Assembly (NCBI GenBank): GCA_965240325.2
Contig: OZ251224.1
Location: 2,728,001-2,792,000, forward strand
From: Rebecca billardiae RCC1528
Taxonomy: Eukaryota; Protista; Haptophyta
Direction: 5' to 3'
DNA: 64,000 nucleotides
In this document: piece after piece, positions 46,847 to 56,058 of the stretch
Layout of the letters: each line of letters begins with the position of its first letter
How positions within the stretch are numbered: the stretch's first letter is position 1
The notes under the pieces: model-generated
What the model was told of the DNA's origin: nothing
What the model saw: only the letters and a program-made list of their open reading frames with translations
The model's database searches: none
Program-made: the position numbers and the translations under genes

Positions 46847-48952
46847 ATGGCGACCTCAGATATCGTGGTCCTCGACGGCGAGCAGATGGCGACCGTGCTC
46901 AAGCGGTACGTCGAGATCCTGACGCGAAAGGAGGCGCATCTGCTCGAGCAGGAGGGCTTCTTTAACCGCGAGGAGCACTTCGAGGCGTTCCTCGCCGAGG
47001 TGCGCTCGGAGTTCGACGCGCACCCGAAGATCCGCGCGTGCTTCGCGCACCGCTCCGGCGCGCAGCTGTGCATCGACTTCCTCGTCGGCGACGGCGAGCA
47101 CACGCGCGACGCCGCGTCTGAGACGCGGCGGTACGAGCTCTCGTTCATGTCGACGGTGCTGCTGCGCACGTCCTCGGTGAGCGGCGTGCTCGTGCGCGAG
47201 CCCGAGCTCCTCGCGCGGCTGCTCCAATTCATCGAGCGCCCGCCCAAGCTCGACGACGCCGTGCTGCACTACTGGGGCAAGGTGTTCCGCCACCTGTGCG
47301 CGCTCGGCACGTGCGACGAGCCGCTCGTCGCGCAGGTCGCGTCGCTCGTGCCGCACGTCGCGAACGACTCGATCTGCGCCCTGCTCTCGGAGACGCTCGG
47401 CTCGCTCAGCGGCACGATCAGTCTCCTCCCCTGCCTCGAGAAGGGCGCCAACCCGCTCGGCCCGCTCGTCCAGACGCTCGTCGACTCGGACGCGGGCGCG
47501 CGCAACGCGTGCGAGGTGCTCTGCGCCGTGTGCGTCGCCGTGACGGAGGCGCAGAACAGCGCGGCGCACGGCGCTGTGTGGGCGGCGATCGCGCCGGTCC
47601 TGCCGCGTATGGTCGAGGTGATCTTCGCTGGAGCCATGGCCGCCGGAGCGGCCCAGTACCCCGCGCGCGTCGAGCACTGCCTCTCCTTCCTCGTCGAGCT
47701 GCTGATGCTGCACACGCGAGTGCCGGCCGAGCCGGCGCCCGCCGACGGCGGCGCGCCGCTGCTGCTCGCGCCGCACGTGCGCTCGCTGAGCGCGATGATG
47801 CGCAGCGGGCAGACGTTCGTGCAGCTGAAGGCGGCCGAGCTGCTCACCGTCGCGCTCGTCCTCGTCGAGGAGCACGACGACGACCCCCTCGCCACCGCCA
47901 TCGTCGAGGCGGGCGTGCTGCCCCTCGCAGTCGGCCTCTTCTTTGCGACCGACGTGAACGGCGGCGGCCGTCAGGACTTCCTGCGGCACATCCTGCTGCG
48001 CGTGTTCTGCGAGGCGCTCGCGTGCGACAACGCGCCGGTGCACGCCGCGCTGCTGCACGCCGAGCACGGCGCGCTCACCAAGACCATCGTCCACTCGGCC
48101 GAGCGGCCCGGCGAGCGCGGCTCGGTCACGCACACGCAGATGGCGCTCCGACTCGTGAACGACGCGTGCGATCGCGTGCCGGGGATCGCGGCGATGGTTG
48201 GCAGGACGGCTCGGTGGCGCTCGGCGGTGCAGCAGGTGGTGGGCGTGGTGCCCACCTCGCTCGACGGCATCCCCGAGGACGCGTCCGACGAGCAGGCCGC
48301 CTACGAGCCGCTGCCCGCGCGCGCGGCGGGCCGCGCGCGCGGCGCGCGCGCCGCCAGTGCCAACAGCGAGAACGAAGATCCGCTCAACTCGCCGCCGGCC
48401 GTGGCAGCTGGCGCGGCGGAGGCGGACGGTGGGGCCAAGCGGGCGGGCGGGCGCCCCGGCACGCCGCGGCAGGTCCTCACCCCCGGCTTCGAGAGCGACC
48501 TGGTCGCCGGCCTTCGCGCGCAGCAGCTCGACGATGCGCTCGACGCGGCCGAGGGCGCCGCCGCCAGCGTCCCTGCCGCCGCCGCGCAAGGCGCCGACGC
48601 GCGCGCAGGGCAGATCCACCTCGGCCCGTCGTCGCCCCTGCTCTCGCAGGGGCCGGCACGCTCGCCGCTCGCCGCGCCGAACGCCGACCCCAACGTGCTC
48701 GTGGTCGACGACGACACCTACAAGTCCTCGACCGCGCCGTACTTCGACACGCCCCAGCCCAAGCTGGTCAAGCGCATGTTCTATAACCGCACCGCCAAGG
48801 CCGCGTCGCCCTTCTTCAAGTCGCCCTCGGCGGGCACGCGGGTAGGGCCCGTGGAGGCGAGGGAGGGCGCAGATCTGGGCCCCGCCGGGCAGGTGGGCGC
48901 ACTCGAGCTCGCCGACACCGAGGCAGATCCCACGAAGGCTCTCGCCTTCTGA
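46847..48952 (+). CDS. Divergent SAPS (SIT4/PP6 regulatory subunit)-like helical-repeat protein
   Basis: RRYELSFMSTVLL...ELLARLLQFIERPPKLDDAVLHYWGKVFRHL resembles the SAPS core; disordered Ser/Pro-rich C-terminus. Confidence 0.6.
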   Translation: MATSDIVVLDGEQMATVLKRYVEILTRKEAHLLEQEGFFNREEHFEAFLAEVRSEFDAHPKIRACFAHRSGAQLCIDFLVGDGEHTRDAASETRRYELSFMSTVLLRTSSVSGVLVREPELLARLLQFIERPPKLDDAVLHYWGKVFRHLCALGTCDEPLVAQVASLVPHVANDSICALLSETLGSLSGTISLLPCLEKGANPLGPLVQTLVDSDAGARNACEVLCAVCVAVTEAQNSAAHGAVWAAIAPVLPRMVEVIFAGAMAAGAAQYPARVEHCLSFLVELLMLHTRVPAEPAPADGGAPLLLAPHVRSLSAMMRSGQTFVQLKAAELLTVALVLVEEHDDDPLATAIVEAGVLPLAVGLFFATDVNGGGRQDFLRHILLRVFCEALACDNAPVHAALLHAEHGALTKTIVHSAERPGERGSVTHTQMALRLVNDACDRVPGIAAMVGRTARWRSAVQQVVGVVPTSLDGIPEDASDEQAAYEPLPARAAGRARGARAASANSENEDPLNSPPAVAAGAAEADGGAKRAGGRPGTPRQVLTPGFESDLVAGLRAQQLDDALDAAEGAAASVPAAAAQGADARAGQIHLGPSSPLLSQGPARSPLAAPNADPNVLVVDDDTYKSSTAPYFDTPQPKLVKRMFYNRTAKAASPFFKSPSAGTRVGPVEAREGADLGPAGQVGALELADTEADPTKALAF

Positions 48953-49437
48953 TGGGCGGCGTCGCACGCCCCGCTGAGGCCTGCGGGCCAGCAGTGCTCG
49001 CGGCGGGCGCGCGAGCGGGGACGAGGCCAGGCCGGCGGCGCGTGCCTGGGCCTGGTCAGACCCGAGCTTCTTTAGCATCCTCTTCGACGAGGTCACGCTC
49101 GTGGCGGTGGCGGTGGGCGATGTTTGTCACTTGGACTCGCGCCACCGCAACCACCTGCTGGCGCGCGGTCGGCGCGGCTCCGCCGTGCTAGTTGCGTGCA
49201 CCCTGGCTCAGCGGCGCGCAACGAGAGCTCGAGCCTTCATCGGGCGGCGCCACGTCAGCGCGCCGAGCCGAGCCTGTGCGGCGAGCAGAGCCTGTGCCTG
49301 GGATGCACGCGCCGCCGCCGGCCCAAGCCCAAGGCCCTACCGAGTCTCGTTGGCAAGCAGGCTTTATATATATAGTTTATTCTGACTCGATCTGAGCAGC
49401 GCGGCACCGCACCGACACACGCTGCGCAGCGCATTCT

Positions 49438-50534
49438 ACGGATATCCCACTGCGATCCTATCCCATAGGATTCAATCCTATCAGGCATAGGATGGCCCCA
49501 GGGACGACTCAGCAGACGACATTTTCTCATGTTGCCGAATGGTACGACTGCACCTAGGGGTCGGTAGCAGTGTCGCCACCATCCGCCAGAGCGATCTTGT
49601 TGTGATTTTCGACCACCACCGCGTGTTTTGGGCTCCACGGATGGAGCGCGTGAAGCCGTCGCGGTCGTTGCCGCCTTGCGACTCCACGGCGGCAACGCCG
49701 ACCGACATGTGGCACTTGTAGATGACACCCAGCTTGATGCTCACACATCGTGGTTCACTGTGTTCGACCGGAGCCGTACGAGGTTCAATCACAATGCGTT
49801 TTGGTCCTCGCCAAGCATGGCATTGTACGTCACGCCGGGGCTGCGCGCGCAAGCCGCTGCGGTCGCTCGCGTCCGTCAGGTGGTTGCGATCGAGCATCAG
49901 CGCGCATGTAGAGCAAGCCTCGGAGGTAGCCGGAACATCTTGCCATGTCGCGTGCGTGGATGGTATCGCACCTGTAGACACGCCATGCGTGTGCCGCAGT
50001 CGATTTACGCGACGCTCGACCCGCACGCTCTTGGATTCGTGGGCTCGTGGTCCACAAGGACGGCCGCCACCATCGTGGGAGGTCCGTGGCCGCTCGCACA
50101 ATGGCGGTTGCCCTCTCTTCGCCCCGCCCCAGAATCGGTGTGCCACGGGCAGCAACGCGCCTGGCGGCGTGGGCGGCGGTGCGGGCGGCAGCGCGGGCAT
50201 CCGGTGCGAGCACTCGCCTGCGCCGTCCGTGCCCAGGGTCGCCGCTCGGCTGCCAGGGGCGAGCAACTGACGCTGTCATGCCGATCCTATGTAGCCGTCC
50301 CTGGCGCGGATCCTATGGCATAGGATCGCGCGCGCGCGCGCGATCGCGCGCGCGCGCGCGCGACCGCCGTGGCAGTGGCGGCAGGCGGAGATGGTGTGTG
50401 CCGACAGCCGGTGGAGTTGTGTGTACGATATAGCAACACCGATGATCGTATGCGCAGAACTGAGGCGCTGGCGCTCTTGTGAAGTCATCCTATGCCATAG
50501 GATCAGATCCTATCTGTTGCAGTGGGATATCCGT
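49438..50534. mobile_element. Non-autonomous TIR element (about 1.1 kb) with subterminal ATCCTAT/ATAGGAT repeats
   Basis: 16-bp inverted termini ACGGATATCCCACTGC (49438-49453) and GCAGTGGGATATCCGT (50519-50534); ATCCTAT..ATAGGAT units clustered near both ends. Confidence 0.75.
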
Positions 50535-52065
50535 CTAGGAGCAGCAGCACGGCCGAGCGCGCTCCGGGAGCCTGCTACTGTGCTACTGTACTAGTATGAG
50601 TACAGACTGTAGTGCGCGCGCTAACGATAAACCGATTGAAACTGATCCAGCGACAGTACACTTATATATTGGCGCAACTGGTGCAGACTCACTCGCGGGC
50701 CGCCCGGTAGCGCGGTCATACGACGAGTGAATACTGTCGCGTTGTGCCTCGTGGACTCCAGTGAGTCGTGGACGTGAATGGCGTGATAACTGATATATAT
50801 ATACTACAAGTACATGTAACATGACGACGATGAAGTACGACGACTGGTTAATAACGTCGGAGTACGACGTTATTAATAACGTCGTCCGAAGCCTCCGAAG
50901 GACCCGACTAGACGACTACACTAGACTGCCAACTTCAGTCTAGTAGTGATGAAGTTGGCAGTAGGCAGCGCGCCCCGGGCGCTGCCAGTGACTATAATAA
51001 GGCAGCGCCCGCGGCCGCGAGCTAGGCGCGACCGTCCGCGCCCCGGTCCGCGGCGCCTCCGCGAGTCGAAGTCACTCGGACACTGGGCACCACTGGCAAC
51101 AGGCAAGTCTGCCGCCCGCGCCGGCCCGCCGAGGCCGCCAGCGCGGCCAGGGCGGCCGGCCCTGACGTCCCGGCCCTGGCCCAGTCACAGTGTCAGTGAC
51201 TCAAGCGCCGGCCTGGCGGCCCTCCCGGCTCCCGCTGAGGGCAGACTCAGTCAGAGTGACTCCGCCTGTCTGGCTGAGTCCCGCGACTGAGCGCGACCGT
51301 CCCGCGGCCCGTCCCGGAGGCCCGGGCCCCGGCGCGGGCCGGCGGCGGCCGGGCGGCGGGCTCGGACCGCGTCGTCCGCGCGGCAGGGACTCCGCCGCGC
51401 CACTCTCCGCCGCCCGTGGGCGTGGCCGTGCCAGGCAGCGGCGGTGTAAATTTCGGACTGCTATTTATATATTGTCCAGATGAGTCGGACTTTCAGCAGT
51501 GACTACTGTAGTGCGGTCTGCTGATAGTGAGTGATGACACGGAACTGCAGAAGTCATCATTGTAAGCTCAAGCTGGTAACCACGCTGCTACGCCTGCGCG
51601 TCTGACTGACTGACGCAGGCGCCAGACCGGAGCCGGTTCGGGTTGGCGGGTCGGTCGGGACTAGGGGGTCGCGCCGGCGCCTCGCGAGACGCGAGTGGGC
51701 ACTGGCAGCATGGCGCGCGGGCCCGCGCGGCACTCGCCGTCTCGCAGTCGCGGCCACCTGGCAATGGCAGGAGCTAGTAGTGACACCTGTGCGCAGCAAC
51801 CAACAACCAGTGTGAGTGTCCATTGACCACCGGCACCTCCCGCATGGCTGCTGGCGGCACCGCGTCCTCAGCTCAGCACCAGCTGATGATGACGCGGAAG
51901 CTCGATCGGCTCGCAGAGGCGCCGGGCCCGCCCTCTGCGGCGCCAGCACCTGCGACGCTTGCGATGCCGCGCGGCAGGCGCCAGGCCCCACCTCGACTCC
52001 CGACTCCATCCGCGCCATAATCTCACCAGTCAGTTCCCACCATGGCTCTCCCCGTCACCGCGCCA

Positions 52066-53061
52066 TCACCTGCGCGCGTCCTGGGTCTCGCGGATGACGG
52101 TCGATGTTTCGCTGTTGCCGCGCGTTGCCACCGCACCAAACTGCGCGCCTGCCACAGCCGCCGCCTCCGCCGCCGACACCATCCTGCCATCAATCATCTG
52201 GCCCGGCCGCAGCTGGAACTTTGCATAGATGCGGGTGAAGTGCGCGAACATGCCGTACATGAAGACGCAGAGAACCGTCGTGATCGACAGCGCGACAGGC
52301 CACGGGAACTCCATCCACGCGAACAGCAGCGCAGAGAAATGGAAGAGCACAACACCTGCGCGCAGACGCGGTCGGCGGCCGCAGCGGGCGGCGAGCAAGC
52401 GCGGCATGAGCGAGCGGTCTGGCTCGCGCGGGCGTGGTCGGCACCGACATCTGCGGGCGCGCACCGAGGATGAAGAACAGAAAGCATACTCGGTACTCCA
52501 CGAGCATGCCGTCGACTGCCGAGTGCATGCTGCCATCGGGCCCACGCAGCGCAAGGCCAGGTCCGAGCATTGCGCACATTGTCGCGTTGAACTGGCAGCG
52601 GGCGCGCGGGAGGGGGTGCATGCCCAAGCCGGGGCCAGGGACGTGAGCGCGGGCGCCTCTGGGCGCGAGTAGCGAGCATAGGCACGCGTGACGGAGGGCT
52701 CGCATCCACACCAGAGCGATGAGCTCGACAGCCATCGCAGAGACGGTGACACAGAAGTAGGCACCCTGCATCAGGTCGCTCGCTGTCTCAGGGACATCAA
52801 CCTGGATGATCCCGGCGTACGCGAAGCCGCTGAGCAGGGCCGACTGTGTGCCGATAGAGATGCAGTTGCGCGTGTAGAAGTCCAGCTCCTTCTCGCGGAT
52901 TTTGATCAGGCTCACCTGCGCGCCATGCGCGCGTGTGCGTGATGTGAGCCAGCCGGCGCGTGCCCGGGTCACATCTAGCAGCCACCGTGCCCACGCGCGG
53001 AGGAGCGCTCGGCGCCCACCTGCAGATTGTTCTCGAGGGCGCGCTTGTCCGCATAGAGCAT
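52066..53061 (-). CDS. Orai-like four-TM protein, paralog A; predicted introns 52916-53019, 52592-52711, 52356-52464
   Basis: Spliced MLYADKRALENNLQVSLIKIREKELDFYTRNCISIGTQSALLSGFAYAGIIQ...LGPGLALRGPDGSMHSAVDGM...; TM1 SALLSGFA is identical to the Orai1 TM1 core. Confidence 0.8.
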
Positions 53062-53208
53062 GTCTCTCGGTCAGGCTGGAGCGCCTGGCGCACTGGCGAC
53101 AGGCGGCGGCGGCTTGAGCGATCCGCTCGCCTTTGAGACGGGTGATGGCGCCCGCGGGCGGCGGGCCGCGGGAGCGAACGAAAGGGGGGCTTGAAAGCTC
53201 CTTGCACG

Positions 53209-53682
53209 ATGGGTGCCGCCACGGGCTTAGCCACGGGGCGTCGTCCGGGGACGGCTGCGCTGCTCCTGGGGGTGGCGGCGGTAGGGGCGGCCCCCGTGCC
53301 GTGTGCCGACCTCGGGTTTGCGCCGACGCTGCTGTGCTCGGCGTGCACCAAGCTGGGTGAGCGTATCGGCGCATCCGATCCTCTCGTCGCCGAGTGTGAG
53401 CGCTGCTGTGCTGAGGATGCCGGTGCGAGCAATCGCAAGTACGCCCGTGCCGTGTTGGAGGTGTGCAAGTGACGACTGGGGAGCTTCCCGAGCATCCGGG
53501 AGTTTCTTGAGACAAGCGCCGACAAGTACAAGAACTTCGAGGTCCGGTACAAGAATGGTGTGCCCCCTACGATGTTCCTCGAGAACGAGAACGGAGAGGT
53601 CGAGGAGGAGCTCAGCCTGAGCCACTGGAAGAGCGAGAATGTCGAGGAATTCTTGCAGGAGAAGCTCATCAGCTTGGAGTAG
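53209..53682 (+). CDS. SELENOF: Selenoprotein F (Sep15) with an in-frame UGA-Sec codon at 53470-53472
   Basis: Signal peptide; C..LGF...LLCS.C...C..CC Cys-rich domain; KYARAVLEVCK-TGA-RLGSFPSIREF...W..ENVEEFL.EKL continues in frame to TAG at 53682; SECIS downstream. Confidence 0.93.
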
Positions 53683-53719
53683 GCAACGATTGGATGACCC
53701 GAGCGGCTTCCGTCCGCGC

Positions 53720-53776
53720 GCAACGTGACGCATCGCCCAGAAACGACGCCCATGTCGAGGGGAGATGCTGAGACCC
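53720..53776 (+). promoter_or_regulatory. SECIS element (type II, GUGA core)
   Basis: GTGA-C-GCATC.CCC..AAA-CGAC(loop)GTCG.GGG..GATGC-TGAG: kink-turn quartet, helix II, unpaired AAA and apical mini-stem. Confidence 0.85.
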
Positions 53777-54513
53777 GAGGCCTACCTGCGAGCTGACTTC
53801 CGATCGCTTCCGCTTGTCACGATCGGTCTGTCCATGGATCCGCGGAGCGGCGCCATGACGGCTTGCAGGATGGCTCACCAGCGCGCGTTGGCGCCCATCG
53901 TCATCGGAACGTACGACGCATATTCTATGAACGCCTATGCCATCGAATCATGGCATCAGTTACTGTAATCCGCGAGTAGTAGTCATCATTATTAGTGCCT
54001 GACTCAGTCTGCACTCAGTCTCAGACCGAATAACTAATAAGTCGGCAATACTCACTTAATACTGATATTACTGTACGGAATACTAGTGGCCAAATTTTAA
54101 TAGTTATTAACTAGCGCTGAGCCAATAACTATATATATATATATTGATTATTAGATATTACTAGCAGCGGCCCGATTCAGACGACTGACGGAGCAAGCAC
54201 GGCCACGGCGCCCACGTCCACGACTCACGAGGCGCGGCTGTGACCGTGACGGCGACGGGCCCGGAGTCGGGGGCCTCACGCCGGTCGGCCCGGTCACCGG
54301 ACCGGGCCGCCGCCGCGCCAGGCCCAGGCCCAGGGCCGGCGGGGCCCTGCAATGCAAGCCCAGCGACCCCGGAGCATCACGCCGGCTCAGCCGGAGACCA
54401 CTCCTCGCCGGGTCGAAGGTGATCTCGCAGGGGGCACCAGTTGATGATCCCGGCTGAGTAGTTACTCGTGTCGTGGGCGGAGTGACGAGTCAGGGGCCTT
54501 GTCGATTTTGCGA

Positions 54514-55157
54514 TTACATTGTGCCGTCAAACTCGCCCGTGACGATGGTGTCTGCAGACAGCTTCAACAGGCGGTAGATACGACGACCTCCACGCCACAT
54601 GGTGATGACCGTCAGGAGGATGAGCACCGTGTTCGGAATCGCGAACTCTGCGCGCACGGAAGGGAGGTGGCGCAAATGAGAGCGGGCCGTCGCACAGTCG
54701 GCTCGCACAGGTGAACGGGGCGCGCACCCCATGTGAACTGCATCCAGTGGTAGAGCAGCGCGCTGAAGTTGAAGCAGAGAAGGCCAAGGCTGAAGCAGGC
54801 GAATGTGAATCGGTAGTGTGTCATCATCCCGTCCACCGCTTTGTGCATGCTTCCATCGGGACCCCGCAGGGCAAGCCCCGGACCGAGAATGGCAACGAGC
54901 GTCGCGTTGACAACGGTGAGCATCTGCAGACCCATGATGAGCGTCGTCACGACAAGGTAAACCGACTGGACGATTTCATTCGCATCCGGCTCCCATGGGA
55001 CCTCGGTCAGCCCGAACCATGCGAATCCAGCCAGGAGTGCTGCCTGCGTCGAGATCGAGAGGCAATTGTTCGTGTAGAACGTGAGCTCACGCTCACGAAT
55101 TCGCAAGAGGTTGACCTTCAGGTTGGTGCGCAGGGCATTCTTGTCGGCGTAGAGCAT
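54514..55157 (-). CDS. Orai-like four-TM protein, paralog B; predicted intron 54648-54727
   Basis: MLYADKNALRTNLKVNLLRIRERELTFYTNNCLSISTQAALLAGFAWFGLTE...LGPGLALRGPDGSMHKAVDGM...FTW|EFAIPNT; clearly homologous to 52066-53061. Confidence 0.8.
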
Positions 55158-56058
55158 GGCCTACAGCTGCGAGCTGAACTCTCAGCTCTGGAGTGAGCGG
55201 ACGGTGCGCGCTCCTACGCCGCAGTTGAGCTCGCCGCCCCCATTTGCGGGCGCTGCCCTGGCAAGAGTGTTGCCTGCTTGGCAGCTTGGACAGCTTTGAG
55301 CTTCCGGAATTCCGGGGAGCCCTGGGAGAGTGGGAGGCCGTGCCGGTCCTGCTGCCCCGGCCCCGGCCGGTGCGTGCACGCCAAAGCTCCGAAAGCATGC
55401 ATGCACACCACCAATGCCGCATGCGGGCGATGCGGCCACAACTCCCATGGCGGCGCTTGGCTGCCGCGGGGGTGCCTGAGGTGAATACCCCGCGAGGCGT
55501 GGCAAGATGTGCGGCCTTCTCGTGGTCGTCGCCTCCTCCATGGCCAGTTGCCAGCAGCAGAGCCGCAGCGCCATCGCTGCGCATGGCAAGGTTGGATACG
55601 TCGGCCAGGCCTCGGCCAGCCTTGCCGGCTGCGCCGCCACATCATCAGCAGCCTGAAGTTGCCAGCATCATCCAATTGTAGTGTGAAGTCGCGTCGTTAG
55701 TCAGCAAACAATGGGGCCCGCTGTGAGATGACAGGTCCGAGATGACTGCGGTACTCCGCCGTCCACGCCGCCGTCGCGCCGGGCCCGGCCGCCCCCGGGC
55801 CAGGCCCAGTACTGCCCCACACGGCTACTCCGAGGCTCATAGTAGCTACTGCAGCTGCTTATGCACGGTCCATTCACTCTAAGTGCCGTGACCGTGCGGC
55901 CGTGCCCGGAGTGACTGATCATTGTAGCGGCGCTGCAAGCGCGCCGAGTTCCGACACTGGTCTCGTGCGCAGTATCGTCGTCGTAGCCGTGCGACACACT
56001 CACACAGCGCTCCTGCCGCCGGCAATGGTTATGGTGCGTGAGCTCGAGGCATGCCGCA

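Noticed and set aside
55182-55700. Overlapping ~150-aa ORFs upstream of Orai-like paralog B
   Set aside because: No frame stands out as coding; more likely promoter or UTR sequence.
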